The notes: generated by a model from the sequence alone, not told the origin. A stretch of 64,000 nt of DNA from Patescibacteria group bacterium (GCA_041665345.1 JBAYJA010000005.1:2913-66912), one strand, 5' to 3'. Shown: positions 45,159 to 56,481, numbered from the stretch's first letter. Program-made: numbers and translations.

Positions 45159-45926
45159 CTACGGTTTCTTCGCAACGAACTGTATGAAGGCTGGGTGCCC
45201 CCACGGACTCCCTGCCCACAGCGCGCTTTTGGCAATGTGCTCTGGCCGGACGTACGTGTCTTGCCGGCGGATAACTTCCAATCCTGCTTCGCGCAGCAGA
45301 CGTGGGAATAGATCCTCCGGGTGGTACCACACTTCTGAGACGAAGACATCGCCGTGGATATTCATGTAGCGCTCCTCGAACTTCTGCGACCGTGTAAGCG
45401 GAACGTTTGGCTCTACTGGTTTGTACTGTACCCATTTTGCATGGCCGGTACGGGTTGGCGATGTGGATTGGTACAAGAATGGGTGCATGATACTCACCAC
45501 TAGCCGTCCACCTGGCCTGAGGACGTGTGAGGCATTCAGAAAAAATGCTGCACACTCCTTGGGGCTGTCGTGAATAAGTACTGCTGCGCAGAAAACTGCG
45601 TCAGCATCATGAACGTAGGGAAAGAGACTTTGGGTAATGTCTCCCATGCAGTAGCCCTCCACTTTTGGGTCAGCTTGTTCTCGTTGCCTTGCTCGGGCTA
45701 ACATTTTTTCGCTCCGATCAATGCCAACCACGCATGCGCCACTATCAGCGATGACCCGGGTCAGCAGACCTTCACCACAGCCCGCGTCAAGAATGAGCTC
45801 ACCAGGCTGTGGGTTGAGCAGCTCCACTGCCGGAACGCGACCCAGCCAGTCACCCATGACGGTCCAACCCAGGCGGGATTTCCAGAAGTCAGTCTGCTCT
45901 TCGTACGGTTTCTGCGTGTTATCCAT
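45159..45926 (-). CDS. class I SAM-dependent methyltransferase
   Basis: ILDAGCGEG, VLRPGG.LVVSI.HP. Confidence 0.9.
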   Translation of the reverse strand: MDNTQKPYEEQTDFWKSRLGWTVMGDWLGRVPAVELLNPQPGELILDAGCGEGLLTRVIADSGACVVGIDRSEKMLARARQREQADPKVEGYCMGDITQSLFPYVHDADAVFCAAVLIHDSPKECAAFFLNASHVLRPGGRLVVSIMHPFLYQSTSPTRTGHAKWVQYKPVEPNVPLTRSQKFEERYMNIHGDVFVSEVWYHPEDLFPRLLREAGLEVIRRQDTYVRPEHIAKSALWAGSPWGHPAFIQFVAKKP

Positions 45927-46041
45927 TTTTCAATCCTCTCGTTTTTGGTTTTTTATCCTTCTCCCAACCAACAATTTTATTTGCGTTCTGGGAGAAGTCC
46001 CCATGTTTTGATAAGTGATCGACAAACATGGGGGTGAATTA

Positions 46042-46629
46042 TTATTTTCTAGAGTTTGGCACTGCAGCAAATACACATTCGTGACAATGGACCGCGTTTA
46101 AGTAAAGGCTACACAACCAGGGCTTCTGATGTATCAAACGAATGTAAGGTACAATTTTTCCTGGTGAAATGCTGACAGAATTGAGAGCAAAAATTGGTCG
46201 TTCACACAGAATTTTTCGCTGCTCTCCAAAAGCAAGGAGTTCTTGGAGGTTTGCTGGACGATACCCACATTTCTCCAGTAACCATCTCACATCATCAGCA
46301 TCACCACATTCGGTGTCAAACTGTACTAGCTTCAATGTAATGGAGTGCGTGCCACCGCCGGTTCGTGGAAAGTTCACTTCATGTATTTCCGGATCGACAT
46401 TACCATATTTCCCGGCAGCGATGTATTGACCAATGGAACGATTCATATTGACTATCAGCCGAACTGAATCAATATACGCTGTGATTGAGTGTTCTGGTTC
46501 AGTAACATCTGTTAGGCCAGTGAATTCGACACCATACGTGCCAAAACGGAAGGTTGGTTTTCTTACTCGTCTCGATTTTGAAATGACGATTACTTTTTTG
46601 CGCATTGTTGTACTATGCCATCCTTTCAC
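46042..46629 (-). CDS. hypothetical protein
   Basis: I...NFP, GYRPANLQELLAFG motif; start uncertain. Confidence 0.6.
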   Translation of the reverse strand: MKGWHSTTMRKKVIVISKSRRVRKPTFRFGTYGVEFTGLTDVTEPEHSITAYIDSVRLIVNMNRSIGQYIAAGKYGNVDPEIHEVNFPRTGGGTHSITLKLVQFDTECGDADDVRWLLEKCGYRPANLQELLAFGEQRKILCERPIFALNSVSISPGKIVPYIRLIHQKPWLCSLYLNAVHCHECVFAAVPNSRK

Positions 46630-46780
46630 AATGTTTTTTCTTTTATTTCATTTTTAACAAAGAAGTATAAAGAAGAGTTTAGATATTGTCAATGCTTTAA
46701 GCAAAATATTAAAGTGGAATTGACAAAATGGCTAAAATAAGCTAAAATTGTGATATAGTATTTGTCATAATCTTCGTCAA

Positions 46781-47554
46781 ATGAACATTCAAGAGGCATT
46801 AACGCACTTTGGACTCAATGAAAAGGAGGCTGGGGTATACCTTGCTGCTCTTGCTTTAGGGAGGGCGAAAGGTCAGGAAGTTGCAAGAAATGCTGGGTTA
46901 CCACGTTCCACCACGTACAGCATTCTGGATACGCTGGTGCAGAAGAAGCTCATTCTTACCCTGGACGACCGCAAAGTGCGTGAGTATGCAGCAGAAGACC
47001 CTGACAAGTTGGTGGAACAAAGCGAAGCAGCCTACCGCACCATGAAAGCCGCGCAACCGGATTTGGCGGCGCTGTTCCGGGGGGCGAAGAACCGGCCGCG
47101 GGTGCGGTACTACGACGGGTTGCAGGCAATTAAGGGTATGTACGAGGGGATTTTGCTCCAGCGGAAGAAGGGGCTGAAAGACTACCAAGTCATTGCTTCC
47201 GAATCCGCTTTCCTTAGCCGTGATCGGGAGTGGTTTACCAATTTTGTGAAGCGCCGAGCAGCGTTTGGCATGCACTCGCGGTTAATTCTGGAAGCCAGTG
47301 AAGATACCCGGCAAAAGCAAAAAGAGGAAAAGGAGATTAATTCAGAAATCCGGATTTTGGACAACTTTTACGAACAGCGGAGCAAGGCGGGAATTTACAT
47401 TTTGCTGAAGAGTGTCATTTTTGTGGAGTACACCAAAAACCCCGTGGCCGTGGAAATGGAGAGTAAAGAACTGGTTTCCATGCACCGCATGCTGTTTGAA
47501 GCCCTGTGGAAGACTTTGCCCGCAGCTTCGCAGCCTGCGCTGCAGTCCACGTAA
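46781..47554 (+). CDS. TrmB family transcriptional regulator
   Basis: GLNEKEA.VYLAAL.LG, LPRSTTY, PRVRYYDG. Confidence 0.88.
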   Translation: MNIQEALTHFGLNEKEAGVYLAALALGRAKGQEVARNAGLPRSTTYSILDTLVQKKLILTLDDRKVREYAAEDPDKLVEQSEAAYRTMKAAQPDLAALFRGAKNRPRVRYYDGLQAIKGMYEGILLQRKKGLKDYQVIASESAFLSRDREWFTNFVKRRAAFGMHSRLILEASEDTRQKQKEEKEINSEIRILDNFYEQRSKAGIYILLKSVIFVEYTKNPVAVEMESKELVSMHRMLFEALWKTLPAASQPALQST

Positions 47555-47614
47555 GGTACTTTTTCAGAGTATAGACACTCGTTCACTTCAAGCCGTAGGC
47601 GTATACTTCACAAT

Positions 47615-48196
47615 ATGAAAAAGCTACTCTGTGTCGTTGACTACCAAAATGACTTTGTCAGCCCTGACGGGAAGGTAGCCAAGCAGCTGGGCAATGACAA
47701 GCTACTGAAAGCGCAGGCACTACTGCCAAAAATTCAGCAGCTGCTTGATGCCTGGCACAAGCGTTCAGATCCTGTGCTTTTTCTGCAGTCAGACTACAGC
47801 CTGAAAAATTACAAAGCGTCTTTTCAGGAGGGGAGGAAGAATAGTGCGTACAGCAATGCAGCAATCGTTGGCACCTGGGGGCATGCACTTTTCGGGCTGC
47901 AACCGGCTGCTTCTGATGCACGCTTGGTCAAACTGTATTTCGATGGTTTCTACCAATCTGCTTTGGAAGACACGCTTGTGAAGCAAGAAATTACCGACGT
48001 GTATTTTTGTGGCATTAATACCGATGTTTGCGTGTTCCACACGGCAATTGGTGCAATCGTCCGCGGCTATCGTTCCTACGTCATTGAGGATGCAACCGAG
48101 ACCGTTTCAAGCGCTGAGCAGAAAGCCATATTCTTGCAATACTTGAAGAACTATGTCGGCGTGCAGATCGTACCCTTACGTGATGTACTTCTATGA
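47615..48196 (+). CDS. isochorismatase-family cysteine hydrolase
   Basis: VVDYQNDF, GTWG, GINTDVCV..TA. Confidence 0.9.
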   Translation: MKKLLCVVDYQNDFVSPDGKVAKQLGNDKLLKAQALLPKIQQLLDAWHKRSDPVLFLQSDYSLKNYKASFQEGRKNSAYSNAAIVGTWGHALFGLQPAASDARLVKLYFDGFYQSALEDTLVKQEITDVYFCGINTDVCVFHTAIGAIVRGYRSYVIEDATETVSSAEQKAIFLQYLKNYVGVQIVPLRDVLL

Positions 48197-49023
48197 CTGA
48201 AAATTTCCAAGAACTGTACAACCCAGAAAACGCACCAGAGTGGAATGAAGAGAAGACCATGGAGCATGCTTCCGGGATCTGGGGCAGGGATCCAATGCTT
48301 CAATACCTCCGAGATGAAGTGATTAAGCCCGGAGATAAAGTCCTGGATATTGGCTCTGGCGCAGGGTACCCATCTGCCCGAATGGCAGAGATGGTAGGAA
48401 AAGATGGAACCGTGGTTGGCCTGGAGTACAGCAAATCTATGCTGGGCATTGCTGATGATGAAAAAGGTGAACCAGCGAGTAAGAAGTATGAGGCACTGAA
48501 GCAGCTGATGTTCATCAATGGTGATGCCACAAACATGCCCATACAAGAAAAATCTTTTGACGTTGCCACGTCTTTTATGGTGCTGCACAATTTGGAGCTT
48601 CCACAAGTGCAGAAAGTACTTCAGGAAACTGCCCGGGTTCTCAAACCTGGCGGCAAGGCAGTGTTTCTTACCATGCATCCGGATATGCTGGAGTCAGATT
48701 GGAAATTAGACTTCATGGAATATCCTGACGATGCTATTGCCGCCTACAAGGCACTGGAAGAAAAGGAGGGATTCCGATTAAGCGGGAAAGTGAAAAATGC
48801 TGGTGGGGGTGAAAAGCAGATTGGCTTGGTGGTACATACCCGGGAAAATATGCAGCAGGCCATTGCACAAGCCGGGTTAGAGCTTGCACATGAAGAAGGA
48901 TATTTTATTGATGCCGACACAGCAGCCGAAAAGTTTGGTGAAAATGCATCGCGGGTAATGCCAACCACGCCAACTTTTTGGAAATTGGAATTGGTGAAGC
49001 CGGAAAGCACTGAAGCAAGCTAA
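48193..49023 (+). CDS. class I SAM-dependent methyltransferase
   Basis: VLDIGSGAG, GDA..MP, RVLKPGG. Confidence 0.9.
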   Translation: MTENFQELYNPENAPEWNEEKTMEHASGIWGRDPMLQYLRDEVIKPGDKVLDIGSGAGYPSARMAEMVGKDGTVVGLEYSKSMLGIADDEKGEPASKKYEALKQLMFINGDATNMPIQEKSFDVATSFMVLHNLELPQVQKVLQETARVLKPGGKAVFLTMHPDMLESDWKLDFMEYPDDAIAAYKALEEKEGFRLSGKVKNAGGGEKQIGLVVHTRENMQQAIAQAGLELAHEEGYFIDADTAAEKFGENASRVMPTTPTFWKLELVKPESTEAS

Positions 49024-49088
49024 TAATATGGGTGGAGTGTGGGCGGCCCTTGACGCATACGCATTGGTAGGGTACAGTAGCTAACTTT

Positions 49089-50066
49089 ATGACCGACCAC
49101 ACTGCCAGCTACCGCGCAATTCACCGCGCCATTACCGAAGCCAAAGAGGTGCTCCTCATTGCCCACCAGAAACCGGACGGGGATACCCTGGGCGCGAATT
49201 TGGCCATGGCTAACTGGTTGCGGGATCAAGGCAAGCATTTCCATATTTTTTGCGCGCATCCGGTGCCGTCACACTACCAGTTCTTGCCCTTGTGGGAGCA
49301 TGTGAAGAGCACCGAAGAGGAAATTGCCCACATCCCATTCAACGTTGTGGTGGCCCTGGACTCTTCCAGCCTGGATTATGCCGGCGCGACTTCTTTAGTT
49401 GCAAAACTAAAAGGGAGTCCGACGATTATCAACATTGACCACCACGGTACCAACCCGCACTTTGGGGATATGAATATTGTGGAACCCACTGCGTCGTCCT
49501 GTTCTGAATTGGTGTATAAATTTTTGGATCACCATCGCATTCACATTAGCCAAGAAATTGCTACCTGCTTGCTCACCGGCATTCTCACAGACACGGGTGG
49601 TTTCAGCAATCTGGGCACCACCACTGATGCGGTGGAAATTGCTGGTACCCTCATGCGGCGTGGCGCTAAGTTCCGCACAATTACAGAAAACACTGTGCGG
49701 AATAAGTCCGTGAACACCCTGAAGCTCTGGGGCATTGCCTTGGACCGGCTGACACAGCATGCGGATGGGCTGGTGAGTACAGTCATCACCCAGGCTGATT
49801 TGGATGCGTGTGGTGCAGTGGAAGAAGATATGGAAGGTGTAGCAAATTTTCTCAACGCCCTGCAAGACGCCAGAATGGTGATGGTGCTGAAAGAGCGTGA
49901 GGGTGTGGTGAAAGGGAGTTTACGTACGACGCAGGCTGATGTGGACGTGGCCGAGTATGCCAAGAAGCACTTTGGCGGTGGTGGTCACAAAAAAGCCGCG
50001 GGCTTTGCCGTGCCGGGTCATCTGGTACAAACGCCGGATGGCTGGCGAGTGCAACCAAATACGTAA
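49089..50066 (+). CDS. nrnA: bifunctional oligoribonuclease/PAP phosphatase (DHH family)
   Basis: H..PDGD, NIDHH, TDTG.F, GGGGHKKAAG. Confidence 0.92.
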   Translation: MTDHTASYRAIHRAITEAKEVLLIAHQKPDGDTLGANLAMANWLRDQGKHFHIFCAHPVPSHYQFLPLWEHVKSTEEEIAHIPFNVVVALDSSSLDYAGATSLVAKLKGSPTIINIDHHGTNPHFGDMNIVEPTASSCSELVYKFLDHHRIHISQEIATCLLTGILTDTGGFSNLGTTTDAVEIAGTLMRRGAKFRTITENTVRNKSVNTLKLWGIALDRLTQHADGLVSTVITQADLDACGAVEEDMEGVANFLNALQDARMVMVLKEREGVVKGSLRTTQADVDVAEYAKKHFGGGGHKKAAGFAVPGHLVQTPDGWRVQPNT

Positions 50067-50190
50067 GAGACAGCGGAGCGGAAGAATGTACACCCCAGGA
50101 ATTCTTGGTGATGTTTGGGTTGCATTTGACACCGTCAGGCTGACTGGAACATACTGGCGTTACAAAAAAACATGGTAGGAGGTAAAACCC

Positions 50191-50379
50191 ATGTACCCTG
50201 CTCACAACTACTATTGGACCTGCAGCTGTGGCGCGAACCCAATATCAGATCATGCTGATGAGAGAACTGGTGTCCCTCTTGGTCAGGCTCCCACTTGTCC
50301 CAACTGCGGGAAACCCATGCAAGGTAGTCCGATGAAACTGGATGGCCCTTTCCCTGAAGATCCAAAACCGCTCTACTAA
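50191..50379 (+). CDS. small zinc-ribbon protein
   Basis: AGGAGGT SD; W.CSCG ... CPNCGKPM. Confidence 0.6.
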   Translation: MYPAHNYYWTCSCGANPISDHADERTGVPLGQAPTCPNCGKPMQGSPMKLDGPFPEDPKPLY

Positions 50380-50451
50380 ACTATACAGGAGTACCAACAG
50401 GGCACTCCTTTTTCCTTGCACGGGCGTGGCCTGGTATGGAATACTTTATCC

Positions 50452-50754
50452 ATGGAACGCGAACCAGGAAAGCAAGAGCGGGAGGTACACTATCGTGATA
50501 TAAGCGAGGAATTTTTGAGTATTCCAGGGTATGATTTTCCAGAATTTCTTCGTACGCTAGACCATGAGCCAGCGCTGGAAATAAAAGTTGATTGGAAAGA
50601 CAAGTACATGGCACGGCGGTTAAAGGCTTTTCTCGAAGATTTTCATGCGCTGGATATCAAACAAAAGCGTCGTGCTACTATACGCGCAACAGAAGCACAG
50701 TGGATGGAGGAGCTGAATGTCTTTGCCTCAGGAGTGAAGTGGGAAAAGGTATAA
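50452..50754 (+). CDS. hypothetical protein
   Basis: 100 aa ORF followed by a hairpin/A-tract. Confidence 0.55.
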   Translation: MEREPGKQEREVHYRDISEEFLSIPGYDFPEFLRTLDHEPALEIKVDWKDKYMARRLKAFLEDFHALDIKQKRRATIRATEAQWMEELNVFASGVKWEKV

Positions 50755-50789
50755 AAAAAGGACACCTTGGGGTGTCCTGTGGATGCGGG

Positions 50790-51023
50790 CTATTTTTTTG
50801 GCGCCTCTGGTTCGGAAGAGGCAGCACGGATTGCTTCCCAATCCAGAATTTCTTGCTGGATGAGTCGGCATGGGGGCTGCTGTGCACCAAGCCGTGTCTT
50901 CCGAATGAGCGCTGGCGGGAGCGGACGAACCTTTCCGTTTTTCGCTACATCGTTCATGTAGCTCAGATGCTGTTTGGGATGGCCTTGTTCCGTTTGGTCT
51001 GTTCCATCTTTTGTTTCTGGCAC
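50790..51023 (-). CDS. hypothetical protein
   Basis: GTG start after AGGAGGAG. Confidence 0.45.
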   Translation of the reverse strand: MPETKDGTDQTEQGHPKQHLSYMNDVAKNGKVRPLPPALIRKTRLGAQQPPCRLIQQEILDWEAIRAASSEPEAPKK

Positions 51024-51037
51024 TTCTCCTCCTGGAG

Positions 51038-51301
51038 TTATCTGGTTTGGGGATCTCCCTGGAAACGCTCAAGGAAATTCCGAGGGTCAATTTCATGCTG
51101 CAGCACTGCAGGCAGTTCTTCGTGAGGCACGTCTTTGTGCCGCTCGGCCAATATTCCCGCCTGGATTGCGCACGCAACATGTTCATCCCGTTCCAGGGAA
51201 ATGCCAAAGGTAAACATGGCCTGCAGGATAGTTGGAGCAATCAGCTCTGGCTCACCATTTGCTTTTTTCGCAGCAAAGGCAAGTTTCTTTACAAAGGGCA
51301 T
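51038..51301 (-). CDS. hypothetical protein
   Basis: ATG after AGGAGG. Confidence 0.55.
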   Translation of the reverse strand: MPFVKKLAFAAKKANGEPELIAPTILQAMFTFGISLERDEHVACAIQAGILAERHKDVPHEELPAVLQHEIDPRNFLERFQGDPQTR

Positions 51302-51417
51302 TTTTCCTCCTACGAAAACGTTTTGCTATGAGCTTCTAGTGTACTAAAAAAATGGTAGAGCTAAAAGTAGCCCTTTTAATCCGCTTCGCCAAGGGTTTTG
51401 TGAGGGTTTGTGGTAGA

Positions 51418-51641
51418 GCAAGGGTTTGGATGCTCGTTAGGACGTTGGGTTGGGAAGGAGGGTGATACATTTTCGAAAAACACACCCAACCTTCCAACTC
51501 CACCTGGCGCTTCAACAAAACCTCTTTCCCTCTCCCTTGTTCCCTCTCCCTCAAAGGGCGAGGGAGACGTTCTGCAATCTTGTGTACCGTATTCCTATCC
51601 CTCTCCATCTTCATTCGTATCCCTTTTCGTAATTCGTAACC
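51418..51641 (+). repeat. mosaic intergenic repeat with TTCGTA array (copy upstream of clpP)
   Basis: GCAAGGGTTTGGATGCTCGTTAGG start; CTCCCTCAAAGGGCGAGGGAGA module; ends 3 nt before TTGACT-17-TATACC. Confidence 0.85.
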
Positions 51642-51768
51642 GGGTTGACTTTTCCCCCAAACCGCAGTATACCTTCAAGACGTAGATCGTGCTTCTGCCT
51701 TCTCTTCCCCTCAACCAACCCCTCCATCCATACTCGCTTCCACACCCAAACCCTTTACCCCTCCAACC

Positions 51769-52353
51769 ATGTACCTAGTCCCAACCGTCATTGAAAAATC
51801 CAACTTTGGTGAGCGTGCATACGACATCTACTCTCGCCTGCTCAAAGACCGTATCATCTTCCTAGGTGATGCCATTGACGATGGCGTTGCCAACACAGTC
51901 ATTGCGCAGTTACTGCTCTTGGAAAACCAAGACCGAGACAAGGATATTAAAATTTACCTGAACACCCCCGGCGGTTCGGTCACGGCTGGCATGGCGATTT
52001 ATGACACCATGCAGTACGTGAAACCGGACGTGAGCACCATTTGCGTGGGGATGGCTGCCAGCATGGGGGCGGTGCTCCTGGCCGGTGGCGCGAAGGGAAA
52101 GCGCTTCACTTTACCGAATGCAGAAATCCTCATTCACCAAGTTATGGGTGGGACGGAAGGTCAGGCCTCAGATATTAAAATCCGCGCGGAGCATATCTTG
52201 AAGATTAAAGACCGGCTGAACCAAATTTTGGCCAAGCACACTGGCCAGTCCGTTAAGAAAATTGAGGAAGATTCAGACCGGGATAAGTACATGTCTGCTG
52301 AGGATGCCAAAAAGTACGGCATCGTGGACAAAATAATTTCCAAGGCAAGTTGA
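51769..52353 (+). CDS. clpP: ATP-dependent Clp protease proteolytic subunit
   Basis: [27 protein letters not shown]. Confidence 0.97.
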   Translation: MYLVPTVIEKSNFGERAYDIYSRLLKDRIIFLGDAIDDGVANTVIAQLLLLENQDRDKDIKIYLNTPGGSVTAGMAIYDTMQYVKPDVSTICVGMAASMGAVLLAGGAKGKRFTLPNAEILIHQVMGGTEGQASDIKIRAEHILKIKDRLNQILAKHTGQSVKKIEEDSDRDKYMSAEDAKKYGIVDKIISKAS

Positions 52354-54260
52354 TGCGACGCATACATTCCACGCTGCTCTTCCTGGGAGGAGCGCTTGGC
52401 ATTCTTTTGTCGTGCCTCATTTTTGCCGCGCCGGCCCAAGCTGCAGTTTCCGTTGAAGTCATTTCGGCCACGCAGCCAGACCCAAAGTACGCAAACACCC
52501 CTGCCAAAGATTTTGTCTCGGATGCGCCGTGGGTCCACCGGCTAGGTGCCAATGCTGACATTCCTGTCATCACCTTCATTAAAGATGCGCAATCAGACAG
52601 CGCGCTGCTGGATTACATTAGCTACACGCGGACCGATACGAACACCGAAATTATTCGGTACGACCCCAACCCAGATCTGGTTGTGAATGCATCATTCTGG
52701 GGGATTCGCGTACGCGAACTGACGCCTACCGAGGTTGGTCTAACGCCTGGCCAGACCTTGCCGCTGCGGGTGGACATTCGCTTCCGCGATCAACTCATCT
52801 GGCATACCTACAGCCAGCACTTGCAGGTGAAGATTGCTAGTCCCTGGCCATCGCTGCCTGGTTGGTACCGGGGCGATACACATTTCCACAGCGAGTTTAC
52901 GGATAACGCCTTTGAGTATGGCGGAAATTTTGATTTCAATGTGGAAGCGTCGCAGGCAATTGGCATGCAGTGGACCACGCTCACGGAGCATTCCTACGAT
53001 GTGACCGCCACCGAATGGGATCAGCTCGTTGCACGCAGCCTGGCAGCGTCCAATGCAACGTTCCGCCTCATTCCCGGCTTGGAATTTTCCGTAGATACGA
53101 ATGAGACGAACGAATCGGTGGATGATCGTATTCATGTTTTGGGTTTAGGGTTGAACAAGTGGATCGCGGGGCCGGATATAGTACCAAGCTTCAACGTCAC
53201 GGCAAACCAACCCCGCACGCTGTCCGCCGTCCTAACGGATATTACCGACGCGAACGGCGTGGCGTATGCCTCACATCCGGAGAGCGATTCGTTGCCCATC
53301 GACGTCTTTGGCTTCTTACCACCGTGGTCAAACGCGAATTACACCACCGCGCTCAGCTTCCCGGTTTTTGTGGGTCTGGAGATTTTCAACGAGCGGCCAA
53401 CCTCCGTCACGAATAGTAATGTGACCACAGACAACATGAGCCCGTTTCCTTGGACGGCAAATACCAACTGGGACGCGGAATGGCAGCGCGGCATTGTTCG
53501 GTACAATGCTTTGGTCCGCGCAAATATTTTTCGCAACATTTCTCTGCTGGGCGGTTCGGACGCGCATGGTGATGCAAATTACAAAGTCTTCAACGCAAAT
53601 GGCGCCTTTGACGTGGCGGCGAATGAGACGGCTTCCGGAAAAGTGCACACGGTTGTTCCATTGCCTGGTGGTCTGACGCAAACCGGGATTATGGACGCCT
53701 TACGCAATGGTCGAGGCATCGTTTCTGATGGTCCGCTGGTTATACCCGAAATTCGTCTTGGGAGTACAACACTCGCGCAGGTGGGGGATCGAATTACTTT
53801 TCAGCCAACCGCAAATGTACACGTACGCTCGCTTTCCAGCGTAGAGTTTGGGAACCTCAGCACCCTTACCCTACACGTCCTTTCCCCTGGTACGGAGGCG
53901 CATCAGGTTGTACCGCTCACCGGCCTGGATCAAACGTTCACGCGGACACTCGCCGATCTTAACGTTGCTCCACCTTTTGCCGTGTGGGTAGAGGCACGTA
54001 CGACCCTTGGTCATCGAAGTTTTAGTAATCCCATTTGGCTCAATGGCCCAATGCTCTGTGGTGATGCAGATGGAGATGGCAAAATTTCTATTGGAGACGC
54101 GGTGAATATTATTAACTATATCTTCGCCAATGGCACCACCCCGGTTTCCGGTGACCCAAATAACGATGGCCAAACGGATATTGGCGATGCGGTGTACCTC
54201 ATTAATTACATTTTTGGAGGGGGTCCCGCCCCTACCTGCAGTCAGCAAAAGCGAAAGTAA
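52350..54260 (+). CDS. secreted PHP/CehA-McbA-like metallohydrolase with C-terminal dockerin-like repeat
   Basis: Signal peptide, GDTHFHS, LTEH, GGSDAH; [16 protein letters not shown] and [15 protein letters not shown] repeats. Confidence 0.8.
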   Translation: MMRRIHSTLLFLGGALGILLSCLIFAAPAQAAVSVEVISATQPDPKYANTPAKDFVSDAPWVHRLGANADIPVITFIKDAQSDSALLDYISYTRTDTNTEIIRYDPNPDLVVNASFWGIRVRELTPTEVGLTPGQTLPLRVDIRFRDQLIWHTYSQHLQVKIASPWPSLPGWYRGDTHFHSEFTDNAFEYGGNFDFNVEASQAIGMQWTTLTEHSYDVTATEWDQLVARSLAASNATFRLIPGLEFSVDTNETNESVDDRIHVLGLGLNKWIAGPDIVPSFNVTANQPRTLSAVLTDITDANGVAYASHPESDSLPIDVFGFLPPWSNANYTTALSFPVFVGLEIFNERPTSVTNSNVTTDNMSPFPWTANTNWDAEWQRGIVRYNALVRANIFRNISLLGGSDAHGDANYKVFNANGAFDVAANETASGKVHTVVPLPGGLTQTGIMDALRNGRGIVSDGPLVIPEIRLGSTTLAQVGDRITFQPTANVHVRSLSSVEFGNLSTLTLHVLSPGTEAHQVVPLTGLDQTFTRTLADLNVAPPFAVWVEARTTLGHRSFSNPIWLNGPMLCGDADGDGKISIGDAVNIINYIFANGTTPVSGDPNNDGQTDIGDAVYLINYIFGGGPAPTCSQQKRK

Positions 54261-54439
54261 CCAAGAAAGTCTTCAGTTCAGGCCATCCTTGTGCAATGCG
54301 TGATAATGTGGGGCGATGATGCATTCTCCAAGCGACCTTTGCGTCCCAAAAACCTCTGTGCTAAGGTAGGAAAGCTCAGTTCCTGCACGCATTTCGTGCA
54401 CGCAGAGCACTCTATGACCAACCTTACCTCCATACTTCT

Positions 54440-55984
54440 ATGTCCTTCGACAACTTCAGCACCTGGTTTTGGGTACTCCTTTTACCAATTGGCACCTTCG
54501 GCGGCATGCTCGTGGGTTACTTCGCTCGTAAAGTTTGGGCTTCCAAGCAAGTAGAAACCGCAGAAGCCCGCTTGCAGAAAGCGGAAGAAGAAGCACGACA
54601 GCAAGAAAAAGAAATTCTCTTCAAGGCCAAGGAAAAAGGCATGAAGATTATTGAAGATGCAAAACGGGACGAAGACCAACGTCGCCGGGAGATTCAGGCA
54701 CAGCAGCAGCGTTTAGAAACGCGTGAGAGCACGTTCGATCAAAAGTTAATGCAAATCGAGAAGAGCCAGAAGCAATTGGTAGAAAAGGAAAACCGTTTGG
54801 AAAACGTGCATAAAGAACTTTCGACCATTCGTGAGCAGCAGGTGGCGAAGTTAGAGAAAATTGCCGCCCTGAGTAAAGACGAGGCGAAGCGGGTGTTGCT
54901 GGATGCCACGGAGCGGGATATGAAGGATGAATTAGCTGACCGTTTGAAGAAGCACCAAGAGCAAGCCGCCGAAGCCATTGACCAGCAAGCGAAAAATCTC
55001 ATTAGCCTGGCAATTCAGCGCGTGGCTTCACCCCACACCGCGGAAACCACTACTACGCTGGTGGCTTTGCCCAACGAGGAAATGAAAGGCCGCATCATTG
55101 GCAAGGAAGGTCGCAATATTAAATCCCTGGAACTGCAGACTGGCGTAGAAATTCTGGTGGATGAATCTCCCGACTCGGTTGTGGTATCTGGCTTCTCGCC
55201 CACCCGTCGCCAAGTGGCCAAACGTGCGTTGGAAAAACTCATGTCCGATGGCCGCATTCACCCCGGACGCATTGAAGAGGCTGTTGCGCAAGCCAAGAAA
55301 GATATTTCCCAAGAAATGAAGAAGGCGGGTGAAGAAGCGGCATACGAAGTAGGGGTTGCAGGTTTGGACCCCAAACTCTTGCAGCTGGTTGGTCGCTTGA
55401 AGTACCGCACCAGCTACGGCCAGAATGTACTCCGCCACTCGGTGGAAGTCGCCATTGTGGCTGGGCTGCTGGCCGAAGAGCTGAATGCCAACGTGAGCGT
55501 GTGTAAGAAAGGTGGTTTGCTTCACGACATTGGCAAAGCATTGGATCATGACATCCAAGGGACGCATCCGGAAATTGGCTACGACATTCTGCGCCGGAAG
55601 TTCCGCATGCCAGAGGAAGTTGCCTACCAGTGCATTTCCCATCATGAGGACAGTCCCAAGACACTGGAAGGTGCAATTGTGAAAGCTGCGGATGCAATTT
55701 CCGGTTCACGCCCAGGCGCGCGCAAAGACAGCATTGAGCAGTACATCCAGCGCCTGGAAGATTTGGAACGTTTGGCCGGCGGGTTTGAAGGGGTGGACAA
55801 GGCGTACGCCATTCAAGCAGGCCGAGAAATTCGGGTGTTCGTCACCCCAGAGAAGTTGGACGACTTTGGCGCCATCAAGCTTGCCCGGGAAATTGCCAAC
55901 GGCATTGAAAAAGAGCTGCAGTACCCGGGAGAAATTAAGGTGACGGTAATCCGCGAGCGACGCGTTATCGAGTACGCCAGGTAA
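54440..55984 (+). CDS. rny: ribonuclease Y
   Basis: TM plus coiled coil, KGRIIGKEGRNI (KH), LLHDIGKA (HD), SRPGAR. Confidence 0.97.
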   Translation: MSFDNFSTWFWVLLLPIGTFGGMLVGYFARKVWASKQVETAEARLQKAEEEARQQEKEILFKAKEKGMKIIEDAKRDEDQRRREIQAQQQRLETRESTFDQKLMQIEKSQKQLVEKENRLENVHKELSTIREQQVAKLEKIAALSKDEAKRVLLDATERDMKDELADRLKKHQEQAAEAIDQQAKNLISLAIQRVASPHTAETTTTLVALPNEEMKGRIIGKEGRNIKSLELQTGVEILVDESPDSVVVSGFSPTRRQVAKRALEKLMSDGRIHPGRIEEAVAQAKKDISQEMKKAGEEAAYEVGVAGLDPKLLQLVGRLKYRTSYGQNVLRHSVEVAIVAGLLAEELNANVSVCKKGGLLHDIGKALDHDIQGTHPEIGYDILRRKFRMPEEVAYQCISHHEDSPKTLEGAIVKAADAISGSRPGARKDSIEQYIQRLEDLERLAGGFEGVDKAYAIQAGREIRVFVTPEKLDDFGAIKLAREIANGIEKELQYPGEIKVTVIRERRVIEYAR

Positions 55985-56055
55985 TTACCCGAAGCAAAAG
56001 AAAACCAGCGGTTTTACTACCGCTGGTATTTTTGCATTTATGGGATTATGGAGTT

Positions 56056-56481
56056 CTAGCCCCGACCAGGCAACCATATGGCCCGCACGGCCCAGCACTG
56101 TTGCAGGACACGCAAATCACACATATCGATGGTTATTGAGCATCGACCGCCATCTTTCCGAACATCAGTAGCAACAGTTGCAATAACGGAATCAATTGCT
56201 GTTAATGTCGCAATATTTTGGTTAATCGGATCGATCCAAACGTTTGTTCGCCAAGAGGTAGGTCCATTTCCGTTACCAACTCTGAATGGCATGTGGTAAG
56301 CAGAATAAAGTCTGCTTGCTTCACTTTCTGCCTGATCCATACTATCCACCTCGCAGGCTAGATGGTATAGCTGGTCAAGTGGCGGGGAAAGTTTACTAGA
56401 CAGGGTGGATGGGGGCGAACTCGTACATGATGCTAGTAACCAACCAAAAAGTAGGACAATGAACATTTTCGCTTTCAACAC
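56056..56481 (-). CDS. hypothetical lipoprotein
   Basis: Lipobox-like LLASC; AAAGGAG SD. Confidence 0.55.
   Translation of the reverse strand: MLKAKMFIVLLFGWLLASCTSSPPSTLSSKLSPPLDQLYHLACEVDSMDQAESEASRLYSAYHMPFRVGNGNGPTSWRTNVWIDPINQNIATLTAIDSVIATVATDVRKDGGRCSITIDMCDLRVLQQCWAVRAIWLPGRG

Noticed and set aside
50790-51301. Single frameshifted gene
   Set aside because: The second ORF has its own AGGAGGAG SD and GTG start, so two small genes are more parsimonious
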